From Rickettsiales bacterium (lineage in GTDB: Bacteria > Pseudomonadota > Alphaproteobacteria > Rickettsiales > UBA1997), in assembly GCA_049418765.1 (NCBI GenBank), contig JBMSJJ010000003.1, positions 4,921 through 68,920 of the forward strand: a stretch of 64,000 bases of DNA, written 5' to 3'. Positions 1-9,427 of this stretch are shown one piece after another. The position numbers and the translations under genes were made by a program. The notes beneath the pieces are model-generated. The model ran no database searches and had not been told where the DNA came from. It saw only the letters and a list, made by a program, of their open reading frames with translations. How positions within the stretch are numbered: the first letter of the stretch is position 1; the number at the start of each line of letters is the position of its first letter.

Positions 1-220
1 AAATTTAATCACCAAAAAAAGATTTTTACTTACCTACAGCAAAAATAAAATCATAGAATTTTATACCAAAAAAGATGCAAATTCTCGCAAAATTTATCAT
101 TTGGAGAACTTTATTATAGCCGAATATTTGAAATGCGAAGGGTCTTGGTGTCAAGTCAAAATCAATGACAAAAAAGGCTATATTTTATCATCAGAATTAT
201 TTGGAGTAGATGAAACATAA
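1..220 (+). CDS. 3' end of a gene entering from upstream; C-terminal bacterial SH3-like segment
   Basis: The frame starting at nt 2 is open from the window edge to TAA 218-220 (...EYLKCEGSWCQVKINDKKGYILSSELFGVDET*). The C..WC.V....KGYI....LFGV pattern resembles bacterial SH3 domains. It overlaps the ggt start by 11 nt. Confidence 0.4.
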   Translation, partial: NLITKKRFLLTYSKNKIIEFYTKKDANSRKIYHLENFIIAEYLKCEGSWCQVKINDKKGYILSSELFGVDET

Positions 221-1949
221 TTTTTTCAAATTAATAATAGTTTTCCTACTTACTTCTTGTGTCAATAAAAACCCTCCAATTGATAATGAATGGGCTGGAG
301 ATGCTTATTCCGGTTTTGCCGATTACAAATCAGTTATTGCCAAAAATTACATGATTTCATCCTCCGAAAAAATTGCCTCCGAAGTTGGAGCCGAAATTTT
401 AAAACAAGGAGGCAACGCCATTGATTCTGCAATTGCGGTGCAAATGGTGTTAAATGTAATTGAACCGCATTCATCTGGAATTGGTGGCGGATTATTTTTA
501 CTTTATTACGATCATAAAACCAAAAAAACCATTTATTTTAATGGTCGCGAAACTTCACCCGCCAAAAGCTTTCCTGAAATGTTTTTGGATGAAAATGGTA
601 AGGCTAAAAATTTTTATGATGTAGTTTCCACCCCCCTAAGCGTCGCAACTCCGGGAGCATTGCACGCCTTAAAAAAAGCTCATCAAAAATATGGTAAAAT
701 TAAATGGAAAAATTTATTTCAACCCGCCATAAAAATTGCTTCGCAAGGATTTAAAATGTCACCTAAAATTTATGCTAATCTTAAAAATATCAAGCATTTA
801 TCCAAGGCAGAGGATCTAAAAATCTATTTCGATAAAAATAATAAACCAAAGCCGATTGGCACAGTAATTTACAACTTCAAATTGGCAAAAACATTTGAAA
901 AAATTGCCAATCAAGGAATCAAAGTTTTTTATCAAGGAGATATCGCTAAAAATATCGAAAATACAATTCAAAAATCTCGTGATGTTAAAGGCTTATTAAG
1001 CTTAAATGATTTAAAAAACTATCAATCAAAAACTGGAAATTTAATTTGCGATAAATATCGAAAAAAATATAAAATTTGTTCAATGCCACTACCAAGTTCA
1101 GGTGGTGTAACGCTGTTGCAAACTCTGGGTATCCTTGAAAATTTTGACCTAAACCAATATAAAATAAATTCATGGCAATATGTTCATTTGGTTGCCGAAG
1201 CCCTAAAATTATCATACGCTGATCGCAATTATTATTTGGGAGATAAAAAAAATATTAATTTAAAAAAATTGCTTAACAAAAAATATCTTCAAGAAAGAGC
1301 TAATTTAATTAATTTAAGTCAGGCTAACTCTAATGTTAATAACGGCAATATCTCAGAATTAATGCCAAAAAAAATTTATCAAGAAAATTTTGAAAAACCA
1401 TCCACTACTCACATCTCTATCCTTGATAAATATAGCAATGCTGTGGCCATGACCAGCTCAATTGAATTGCAATTTGGCTCCACAATTATGGTCGATGGAT
1501 TTTTACTTAACAACCAAATGACCGATTTTGCCTTTACTCCAAAAATTAACAAACAACCAGTTGCCAACCGTATCGAACCAAATAAACAACCACTTAGCTC
1601 TATGTCGCCAACTTTTGTTTTTGATGAAAATAATAAATTGATTCTGGTTTTGGGATCACCAAATGGACCTAGGATAATCCAACATGTATTGAAGGTTTTA
1701 ATCGCCTGCCTTGATTATAAAATGGATGTTCAAGAAGCAATTTCTCTGCCAAATTTCATCGCTTTAAACAATAAATTAGAATTGGAAAAAAATTCAGAAA
1801 TAATTAATTTAAAAAAACCTTTGCAAAATTTAGGGCATTTTGTAAAAATCATAGATATTACTAGCGCAATACAAGCCATAAAAATTGAAAATAACAAAAT
1901 TTATGGTGGTGCCGACCCAAGAAGACAAGGGGTTGCCATTGGTTATTAA
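210..1949 (+). CDS. ggt: gamma-glutamyltransferase (Ntn hydrolase), with signal/lipobox-like N-terminus
   Basis: 579 aa. Shows GGNAIDSAIAV...SSGIGGGLFLLYYD, the autoprocessing/catalytic Thr context PSTTHISILD, and GSPNGPRII, all typical GGT motifs. Confidence 0.9.
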   Translation: MKHNFFKLIIVFLLTSCVNKNPPIDNEWAGDAYSGFADYKSVIAKNYMISSSEKIASEVGAEILKQGGNAIDSAIAVQMVLNVIEPHSSGIGGGLFLLYYDHKTKKTIYFNGRETSPAKSFPEMFLDENGKAKNFYDVVSTPLSVATPGALHALKKAHQKYGKIKWKNLFQPAIKIASQGFKMSPKIYANLKNIKHLSKAEDLKIYFDKNNKPKPIGTVIYNFKLAKTFEKIANQGIKVFYQGDIAKNIENTIQKSRDVKGLLSLNDLKNYQSKTGNLICDKYRKKYKICSMPLPSSGGVTLLQTLGILENFDLNQYKINSWQYVHLVAEALKLSYADRNYYLGDKKNINLKKLLNKKYLQERANLINLSQANSNVNNGNISELMPKKIYQENFEKPSTTHISILDKYSNAVAMTSSIELQFGSTIMVDGFLLNNQMTDFAFTPKINKQPVANRIEPNKQPLSSMSPTFVFDENNKLILVLGSPNGPRIIQHVLKVLIACLDYKMDVQEAISLPNFIALNNKLELEKNSEIINLKKPLQNLGHFVKIIDITSAIQAIKIENNKIYGGADPRRQGVAIGY

Positions 1950-2003
1950 CTTCGGAAATTAACCTTTAAAATACAATAAAATATAAAATTAACATCAATA
2001 TTT

Positions 2004-2558
2004 ATGAAAAAATATATCCTATTATTTTCAATTTTTGCTTTTTTTAGCAATAATTCTTTTGCCAAAGAATTTGATTTAAAAGATAAGGTCAAAAATACCG
2101 AATTAAATGTTAAAAAAACTCAAGAAAATGATAATCGCGAACCAATTCAACAAATTGATTTCAAAAAATTATTTAGCGACGCCGAAAATTATTTTAATAA
2201 AGCCAAAGCATGGCAAAAGTTAAAATGCGAACCAAAAAGTGGCTTTGTTTGCACCAAGCATGAATGTAAAAAACGCGATATCAAGGCTTTCTTAATTCTT
2301 GATAAGAAAAATAAAATCATCAAACGCTGTGAAAACGATAATTTTTGCGAAAGATTTAAAGCCCAATTTGACCAAACTGGAGTTTATTACAATATTCAAA
2401 CCTCTGGTCCAGTTGGAACTTTAATTAGAGTTTTAGGCGATAGTCGTTTCAAAGAAATTGCCTCTGTAGGTCTCGATGCTTATATCGCTAATGGTAATTG
2501 CAAAGTAATTGCCGAGAGCGAATATAGCGAAGAAGAAGATGACGATCTTGATGATTAA
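2004..2558 (+). CDS. hypothetical exported Cys-containing protein with poly-acidic C-terminus
   Basis: The signal peptide is MKKYILLFSIFAFFSNNSFA. Several Cys are present, and the C-terminus is SEEEDDDLDD. No family was recognised. Confidence 0.45.
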   Translation: MKKYILLFSIFAFFSNNSFAKEFDLKDKVKNTELNVKKTQENDNREPIQQIDFKKLFSDAENYFNKAKAWQKLKCEPKSGFVCTKHECKKRDIKAFLILDKKNKIIKRCENDNFCERFKAQFDQTGVYYNIQTSGPVGTLIRVLGDSRFKEIASVGLDAYIANGNCKVIAESEYSEEEDDDLDD

Positions 2559-2560
2559 AA

Positions 2561-3445
2561 ATGAATTACCAACATCAATATCATTTTGGTAATTTCGCCG
2601 ATATTTTCAAACATTGTGTTCTGATTTTTTGCCTTGAAAAACTTCATGAGAAGTCCAGTAATTTCCTTGCCATAGACACTCATTCCAGCTCAGGAAAATT
2701 TAATGTTAATGATGAGCGGATTCTTAAAACCAATGAATTTAACGAGGGTTTAAAAAAAATTTTATCTCAGGTCGATTATCAACAAATTTTACCTCACAAA
2801 TATTTAGAAATTTTGGCAAAAATAAATATTTGCAAAATCAATGAACTAGGCGATAAAATCAGATTTTACCCCGGCTCACCCGTGCTTATAAAAAATTTTT
2901 TACGAAATACCGACAAAGCTATTTTTGCTGAAAGTCAAAATCTAATTTTCAACGAATTGCGTCGCAATTTTGCGGGAAATAAAAAAATTTTATGCCTAAA
3001 TGAAAATGGCTTTGACCTCACCAAATCGAAACTCCCAAGCTCGCAAGCTCGAGCATTAATTTTAATTGATCCAGCTTACGAAAAAAATCAAAATAAAATT
3101 TCTAGCGATTATGAATCAGCAATAAATTCCTTACAAGATGGTTTTAAAAGATGTAGTAACGGTATTTTTTTACTCTGGCACCCAATAATAAAGGCTGAGG
3201 AGGAATTTTTACAAAATTTTTATCAAAAAATTTTAAATTTAAAATTTCAAACTATTCACCATTTAACTTTTGATATTGGGGAATTTGCAGAAAATAAAAA
3301 TAAAATGCATCAATGCGGAATGTTTATTTTCAATATGCCATGGCAGGTCGATAAGAAAATAAATTTATATTTTCCAAAAATTTTAAAAGTTCTAGAAAAT
3401 TCAAATAATAGCAATTATAATTTTATTCAATTAAAAGGCGAATGA
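2561..3445 (+). CDS. rlmJ: 23S rRNA (adenine2030-N6)-methyltransferase RlmJ-like
   Basis: The N-terminus YQHQYHFGNFADIFKHCVL...LAIDTHSSSGKF matches the RlmJ signature YRHxxHAGNxADVxKH...DTHAGxG (from memory). The start lies 3 nt after the preceding stop. Confidence 0.75.
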   Translation: MNYQHQYHFGNFADIFKHCVLIFCLEKLHEKSSNFLAIDTHSSSGKFNVNDERILKTNEFNEGLKKILSQVDYQQILPHKYLEILAKINICKINELGDKIRFYPGSPVLIKNFLRNTDKAIFAESQNLIFNELRRNFAGNKKILCLNENGFDLTKSKLPSSQARALILIDPAYEKNQNKISSDYESAINSLQDGFKRCSNGIFLLWHPIIKAEEEFLQNFYQKILNLKFQTIHHLTFDIGEFAENKNKMHQCGMFIFNMPWQVDKKINLYFPKILKVLENSNNSNYNFIQLKGE

Positions 3446-3727
3446 TAAAACTGCTAAAATTGCCAATATAAGAGATAAATATAAAATAATTATGAAATTT
3501 TTATTGTGCAGTGAAAAAATATTTGATGAATTTTTTGATTCGGTATTTTTTTGTCCAACAACCTCTTCAATTTCGGCATCAATGATTTTTGCAGAATTTG
3601 ATTGATTAAAATTTTTTTTGCTTTTATGAATTTTATTTATCAATTTTTTTAGAAATAATTGATAAATAATGTAAATTATTATTGGCGTTAAGGCTGGCCA
3701 AATTTTTAGTAAAATTTTCATTAACAT
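3431..3727 (-). CDS. hypothetical small membrane protein (two predicted TM segments)
   Basis: 98 aa with hydrophobic N- and C-terminal segments. It fills the gap between rlmJ and hisA. AT-driven composition makes this a weak call. Confidence 0.3.
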   Translation of the reverse strand: MLMKILLKIWPALTPIIIYIIYQLFLKKLINKIHKSKKNFNQSNSAKIIDAEIEEVVGQKNTESKNSSNIFSLHNKNFIIILYLSLILAILAVLSFAF

Positions 3728-3739
3728 ATATTTTAAATT

Positions 3740-4450
3740 ATGATTTTTTATCCCGCCATTGATTTAAAAGACGGCAAATGCGTCCGACTATATCAAGGCG
3801 ATATGAACCAATCTACTATATTCAATAACTATCCTGCAAGTCAAGCATTAGAATTTGAAAATTTAGGTTTTAAATTTTTACATCTGGTTGATCTTGATGG
3901 CGCCATTGCTGGCAAAACTGCCAATTTTTCTGCAATTAGCGAAATTTTACAAGCCATAAAAATTCCAGTTCAACTTGGTGGCGGAATTCGTTCAATTGCC
4001 GATATCGAAAAAATTTTAGCTCTCGGCATAAATCGTGTTATTTTAGGAACTTTAGCTCTAAATAATCCAGAAATTACTCGAGAAGCCTGTAAAAAATTTC
4101 AAGGCAAAATAATTATCGGCATTGACGCCAAAAACGGCATGGTAAGCACTCAAGGCTGGGTTGAAGATTCTAAAATTTCTACCATCGAACTTGCAAAAAA
4201 ATTGCAAGATTGTGGAGCATGCGCAGTAATTTACACCGATATTTCCAGAGATGGAACTTTATCTGGCTTTGATTATGAAGGCACTAAAAATTTGGCCGAG
4301 AATATTTCGCTTCCCGTAATCGCTTCAGGTGGTGTTAGTTGTGATGATGATATTGTAAAATTAAAAAATTTAGAACAATTTGGAGTTAACGGGGCAATTA
4401 TTGGCAAAGCTCTTTACGAAAAAAAAATTAACATAAATTTACTGAGGTAA
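3740..4450 (+). CDS. hisA: ProFAR isomerase HisA
   Basis: MIFYPAIDLKDGKCVRLYQGD...HLVDLDGA...QLGGGIRS...ASGGV; a classic HisA/(beta-alpha)8 pattern. Confidence 0.85.
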   Translation: MIFYPAIDLKDGKCVRLYQGDMNQSTIFNNYPASQALEFENLGFKFLHLVDLDGAIAGKTANFSAISEILQAIKIPVQLGGGIRSIADIEKILALGINRVILGTLALNNPEITREACKKFQGKIIIGIDAKNGMVSTQGWVEDSKISTIELAKKLQDCGACAVIYTDISRDGTLSGFDYEGTKNLAENISLPVIASGGVSCDDDIVKLKNLEQFGVNGAIIGKALYEKKININLLR

Positions 4451-4451
4451 A

Positions 4452-6127
4452 ATGGCAGGAAATTGGTTTGAAAGCTTTACATCATTAAGTAATGATTTAT
4501 TTAATAACTTTTTAATTTAAAAAATAAAGATACCGTAGAAGATCCAGATAATTTTGCAAAACCTGATACCTCGCCAAGTCAAGATGAACAAGATAGCTCA
4601 TCGCATTCACCAAATCCAGCTCAATATGATCAACTACCTCAAGATTTGGATGCAGATAGCTTGTTGGGTGGCCCCATAATAGCGCTAGCCAACATTGGGG
4701 GATCCCAAACCGGAAGTCGTGACAAATATTATCCATATAAAAGAATTAATGATCCAATTCCTGATTCATCTTTGCGAAAAAAAATGGTAACGGAGCTATA
4801 ATTGCAGGCACCACCGATAATAACACATCTGATTGTCAAAAAAAATCAACCAATACAAGTACATCTCCAGAACAAAATAGAACTCCACAACAAATTATGG
4901 AAGAAAAACCAGCTTTAAATGGCTGGTTTGGAAATAGAAATATGTCGGCACATGATAAAGCTTTAATGATGATAATTGAACACAGAAATGGTTCTCAAAA
5001 TAATCCTGCTGGTAAAAAACCCAAAAAACTAGGTTCTTCTCGTGCACCCTCGAAACCTCTTAGTTCAATGGATGCTAGATCTTGTGCAGATATAGGAAGC
5101 ATAGAAGTCATAAAACCAGATACAAGTTTTCCAACTGCAGAAAATGAAATTATTCCATCAGAGTTAAATAGTGAACAAAAAAACTTTTGGAAATGATCAA
5201 TGGATTTTATTTAAAGAGAGGAGATGCTGATTTCATTGAAAAAAGAAATGGATACAGAGATGAAATTATGGATTATATTAATAAAAATGATACCATATTA
5301 TTTGAACAGGGAAGATTTGATGATATTATCAGAGGTACTCAAAGAAAATTTCTTGATACAATTTCTGAAAAAATAAAAATTTTTTTCGGTTCGACTGAGA
5401 ATATTCCGGATTTATATAAAATAAAAAAACATGAAACTACTCATAGCAAAACTCCTTCAATTAATAAAGAACTAGAGGAATGCGGTCACTTAAGTAACGA
5501 TCAAAAACAATTTCTTACCAAATTACAACAAATATATCCTGGTGAAAACAAGATACATACGAAACAATAATGTATGATATTGAACATGTTTTAGGTGGAA
5601 TTGGAGATGATTGTAAAAAATTAAAAAGTAAAGATAGTATGAGATTGAAAACTGAAATATTTCATGCTTTTATAAAACCAAAATTGTTAGATATAAATTC
5701 TGGTTACAAATATTATGGTCATCAACTTGGAGAAATTGGAAAAAAAATTGGAGATAGTATTTTTTACAAAAACAATAATGAACTTAAACCTAATCAAGAA
5801 ATATTAAGTCGGTTTAAAAGAGTAAAAGAAGAACATGATAAAGAAATTGAAGATTCTTCAATTGGAAGTTTATTTAAAGCTTTCGATAAAAATATAACAA
5901 CACAATTTGGAAATAGATTTAATAAAGTTTTTGGAAATTTTTTTACTGGTGGCGGTCAGGTTAGTGACGATTTTCATTCTGCTTCGAGTAGAGATGATAG
6001 AAAACCCGAACCTAGTAGCACTGGGAATAATAAGAGTGGTCAGGGTGGTGGTTCTGGCCATTATGGTAGTATTGCTTCCATAAAAAGAAGAGTTCGAGGT
6101 GGTCCTCGCGTTGGTATGGGTCGATAG
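4452..6127 (+). pseudogene. lineage-specific ORFan (~550 codons) split into five frame segments, with junctions at A-tracts
   Basis: The open segments are 4452-4520 (f0), 4508-4801 (f2), 4765-5196 (f1), 5175-5570 (f0) and 5546-6127 (f2). A8 at 4777-4784 and A7 at 5177-5183 lie inside junction windows. The middle segments lack start codons. Confidence 0.5.
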
Positions 6128-6330
6128 ATGATAAAAAATAATCTCAAATACTTACTTTAAAAAAAATATCATTGAAAAAAATTCACAGCGGTTGCTAATT
6201 AAAAATTATTACCAAATTTTTTATTTTTTAAAAAAAATATTTGAAATTAAGAAAAAAAAATTCATAATTAAAGATTATTTCAAGGTTTTTTACATAAAAA
6301 TCATTTATGATAATATAAATTTAAAATAAA

Positions 6331-7605
6331 ATGCGCTATCTTGCCCTTACTGAATCTGACCGAATTGCAATGCTTGCCGAAATCGGCATTAAAAATGTCG
6401 ATGGACTTTACGATGCCGTGCCAAACCAATTTTTGCTAAAAAAACCAATTACCGATTTACCTTCACATCAAGGTGAAATTGAAGTTGAAAAGACTTTACA
6501 AGAATTTGCCAAAAAAAACCGCCCCGCTTCGCAAGGCTCATTTTTTTTGGGTGCTGGATGCTACAAACATCACATTCCTTCTGCGGTTGATCATTTAATT
6601 CAAAGGTCAGAATTTTTAACTTCTTACACCCCTTACCAGCCCGAAATTTCGCAAGGAACCTTAGCAGTAATATTTCAATTTCAATCTATCATCTCTTTAT
6701 TAACAGGCATGCAAGTTGCCAATGCCTCAATGTATGATGGTGCAACTTCACTAGCTGAAGCTTGCTTGATGAGTTTACGCATAAAAAATGCTCGCAAAAA
6801 TATTGCCATTCACGGCAATATTCATCCAGATTATCTCGATGTTTGCAAAACATTTTTAGATTTAAGTCAATCAAAAATCGTCGATAAAATTGATGAATCA
6901 TGCGCTTCGGTTGTGGTTCAATATCCTGATTTTTACGGCAATATTCCTAATCTCGAAGTGGTGCGAAAAAAATGCGATGAGGTCGGAGCTTTGATGATTG
7001 TCGTGGTCAATGAAATTTTATCTTTAGGGCTTCTTGAAGCTCCAAGCCAAGCCGATATTGTAGTGGGGGAAGCCTCTTCGCTTGGCGTTGGTTTAAATTT
7101 CGGCGGTCCGTTGCTTGGCTATTTTGCCTGCAAAAAAGAGTTTGTGCGACAAATGCCTGGAAGAATTTGTGGAGCTACAATTGACGCCGATGGCAAACAT
7201 GGTTATGTTTTAACATTAAATGCCCGCGAGCAACATATTCGTCGTGAAAAAGCCACTTCAAATATTTGTTCAAATCAAGGTTTATGTGCTACAGCTTTCA
7301 CCATTCACACTTCACTTTTAGGTGAAATTGGCTATAAAAAACTCGCCTTAATTAACCACCAGAGAGCTTGCTTTGCCTTCGACGAACTTAGCAAAGTCAA
7401 GGGTTTAAAAGTTTTAAATGATAATTTCTTCAACGAATTTACTATTGAATTTTCTAAAAATGCTCACGAAATTAATCAAAAACTTTTCACCAAAAATATT
7501 ATTGGCGGATATTGTGTTGATAACAAAATGATCCTTGCCTTTACTGAATTAACTAGCGAAGAAGAAATTAAAAATTTAGCAAAAAATTTGGGCGAGATTT
7601 TGTAG
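6331..7605 (+). CDS. gcvPA: glycine dehydrogenase (decarboxylating) subunit 1
   Basis: 424 aa. MRYLALTESDR..., SEFLTSYTPYQPEISQGTL, REQHIRREKATSNICSNQ; typical P-protein subunit 1. Confidence 0.9.
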   Translation: MRYLALTESDRIAMLAEIGIKNVDGLYDAVPNQFLLKKPITDLPSHQGEIEVEKTLQEFAKKNRPASQGSFFLGAGCYKHHIPSAVDHLIQRSEFLTSYTPYQPEISQGTLAVIFQFQSIISLLTGMQVANASMYDGATSLAEACLMSLRIKNARKNIAIHGNIHPDYLDVCKTFLDLSQSKIVDKIDESCASVVVQYPDFYGNIPNLEVVRKKCDEVGALMIVVVNEILSLGLLEAPSQADIVVGEASSLGVGLNFGGPLLGYFACKKEFVRQMPGRICGATIDADGKHGYVLTLNAREQHIRREKATSNICSNQGLCATAFTIHTSLLGEIGYKKLALINHQRACFAFDELSKVKGLKVLNDNFFNEFTIEFSKNAHEINQKLFTKNIIGGYCVDNKMILAFTELTSEEEIKNLAKNLGEIL

Positions 7606-7612
7606 GTAGCTT

Positions 7613-8098
7613 ATGGGAAAATTTTTATTATTTTTATTATTTTCTTTAATTCCACATCATCTTGGGTTTGCAAAAATTCCAAACGATTTAAATCCAAATA
7701 TTGCTTGCTCCATTCTTCAAGATGAAGATTTTATTACAAATAAATATATCGAAGAATGCGTTGGGTGCGGTGATTACTTTTGTGCAAGTCCATATAAAAT
7801 TTATGATTTGAACAACATAGCTTTTTATGTTAATGGTAATATTGATAATGTGAAAAAAATTAATCTTACTCTTAATTTGAATAATTTATTAAACGAAAAA
7901 ACTGAACTAAAAACTTTTGAGAAGTATTGCTCCATCTTATTCAAAAAAATTTCAAAAAACAACCTTCCTACTGATATTATTAAATCAATAAATCTATCTA
8001 AACCAATTAAAATTAAAGTTGATAATTTAGAGATAGAATTAGAGAAGGAAGTTTTTCCATTAAAAAAAGGATATAGATTAACTTTTATTATAAAATAA
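7613..8098 (+). CDS. hypothetical exported protein
   Basis: 161 aa with signal peptide MGKFLLFLLFSLIPHHLGFA. It starts 8 nt after the gcvPA stop. No family was recognised. Confidence 0.4.
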   Translation: MGKFLLFLLFSLIPHHLGFAKIPNDLNPNIACSILQDEDFITNKYIEECVGCGDYFCASPYKIYDLNNIAFYVNGNIDNVKKINLTLNLNNLLNEKTELKTFEKYCSILFKKISKNNLPTDIIKSINLSKPIKIKVDNLEIELEKEVFPLKKGYRLTFIIK

Positions 8099-8109
8099 AT
8101 AACTCGAAA

Positions 8110-8379
8110 ATGCCAGTAATTTCAGTCTTCTACGGTCTTATTATTATGATGTATTTTTATGATAATAAAAAACATAATTTGCCTCATATTCATGTTAAAT
8201 ATCAAAATGATGAAGCTGTTTTTTCAATAATTGATGGTAATTTAATTGAAGGAAAATTGCCAAAAAATAAAATCAAATTAGTTGAAGCATGGATTGAAAT
8301 TCATCGTGAAGATTTGATTGCCGATTGGCAACTTGCAATTGAGGGTCAGCAAATTTTTAAAATTGAACCATTAAAATAA
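8110..8379 (+). CDS. DUF4160 family protein (module 1, upstream partner)
   Basis: MPVISVFYGLIIMMYFYD...HNLPHIHVKY...L...W...H...L...W; typical DUF4160 N-terminus and H.H motif (from memory). Confidence 0.75.
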   Translation: MPVISVFYGLIIMMYFYDNKKHNLPHIHVKYQNDEAVFSIIDGNLIEGKLPKNKIKLVEAWIEIHREDLIADWQLAIEGQQIFKIEPLK

Positions 8380-8387
8380 TACACCCT

Positions 8388-8627
8388 ATGAACCCAAGAG
8401 TTACAAAAGTAGAGCCACTAAAAGAATATAAATTAAAACTTTTTTTTACCAATAATGAAGTTAGAATTTTTGACACCAATCCTTATCTTGATAAAGGTAT
8501 TTTCAAAGAGTTAAAAAATTTTGAAATTTTTAAGAAAGTTAAAGTTTTTATGGGTTCGATCACTTGGCCCAATGGTCAAGATTTCTGCCCCGACACTCTT
8601 TACGAAGAGTCGATAAAAATTAATTGA
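8388..8627 (+). CDS. DUF2442 family protein (module 1, downstream partner)
   Basis: 79 aa. ...VTKVEPLKEYKLKLFFTNNEVRIFD...ITWPNGQDFCPDTLY is the typical DUF2442 pattern. It starts 8 nt after its DUF4160 partner. Confidence 0.75.
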   Translation: MNPRVTKVEPLKEYKLKLFFTNNEVRIFDTNPYLDKGIFKELKNFEIFKKVKVFMGSITWPNGQDFCPDTLYEESIKIN

Positions 8628-8725
8628 AAGAAAATAAAAACCACATAAAATAAAAATGAGATTTATTAATTTTTATAAATAATTCTACGCCAGAAATTAG
8701 TCGTTTTTTAGGAATAATAATTTAT

Positions 8726-8947
8726 ATGCACTTTAATGACCATAATCCTGCGCATTTTCATGCAAAATATGGAAATTTTAAAGTAATAATTGCGATAGAT
8801 AATTTAGCGATTATTGAAGGCAAAATGCCACCAAAAGCTCTTGCTTTAGTAATGGAATGGGCAAGTATTCATAAAAAAGAATTATTAAATAATTGGAATA
8901 AAATTATCAAAACTGGTCAATTTAATAAAATAAAACCCCTCGAATAA
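8726..8947 (+). CDS. DUF4160 family protein (module 2), apparently missing its ancestral start codon
   Basis: The frame is open from 8660. Upstream in frame it reads T-PEISRFLGIIIYMHFNDHNPAHFHAKY, which aligns with MPVISVFYGLIIMMYF of module 1. ACG (8687-8689) occupies the position of the expected ATG. The first ATG is the internal Met at 8726. Confidence 0.6.
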   Translation: MHFNDHNPAHFHAKYGNFKVIIAIDNLAIIEGKMPPKALALVMEWASIHKKELLNNWNKIIKTGQFNKIKPLE

Positions 8948-9213
8948 TGTTAGAAATTTCCAAAGCAAAACAAGTTGGCGATTATCAAATTGAGCTAGTT
9001 TTTAATAATAAAAAAAAGGGCGTGGTTGATTTAAAAAATATGCTTTTTAAAGACCATCGCAAGATTTTTCAAGAATTAAAGGATCCAAATAAATTTAAAA
9101 AATTTAAAATCGAATTCGATACTTTATCATGGGAAAACGGCCTCGATCTCGCACCAGAATTTCTTTATGATTTACTTGTAAATTCTAGCAAAATTAATGA
9201 TTTAAAAAATTAA
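8947..9213 (+). CDS. DUF2442 family protein (module 2)
   Basis: 88 aa. ...YQIELVFNNKKKGVVDL...LSWENGLDLAPEFLY. Its ATG overlaps the upstream TAA (TAATG at 8945-8949), which suggests translational coupling. Confidence 0.7.
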   Translation: MLEISKAKQVGDYQIELVFNNKKKGVVDLKNMLFKDHRKIFQELKDPNKFKKFKIEFDTLSWENGLDLAPEFLYDLLVNSSKINDLKN

Positions 9214-9427
9214 TTAAAAGAAAAAAAATTCCCCTAAACTAATTTCATAAACTTATCGCCGATGTTCTACTTCATTGGCTTTTGAAGCAAAATTTGCCGG
9301 CAAGCTTTTAAAAAAATCTTAAATTTATAAATTACAATACAATTAGATTTAATCTAAAAACCCACTTGCAACAAAATAAAAATTGTTTAAAATTTATGAA
9401 AAATAATCATTAATTCAAATTAAAATT

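Noticed and set aside
4512-4736. 74-aa minus-strand ORF
   Set aside because: It is antisense to the second segment of the fragmented ORFan. The plus-strand frame is longer and continues the neighbouring segments.
6128-6330. Glycine riboswitch or other leader upstream of gcvPA
   Set aside because: The region is almost pure A/T with no GGAGAG...CACCG-type conserved cores, so nothing is foldable by eye.
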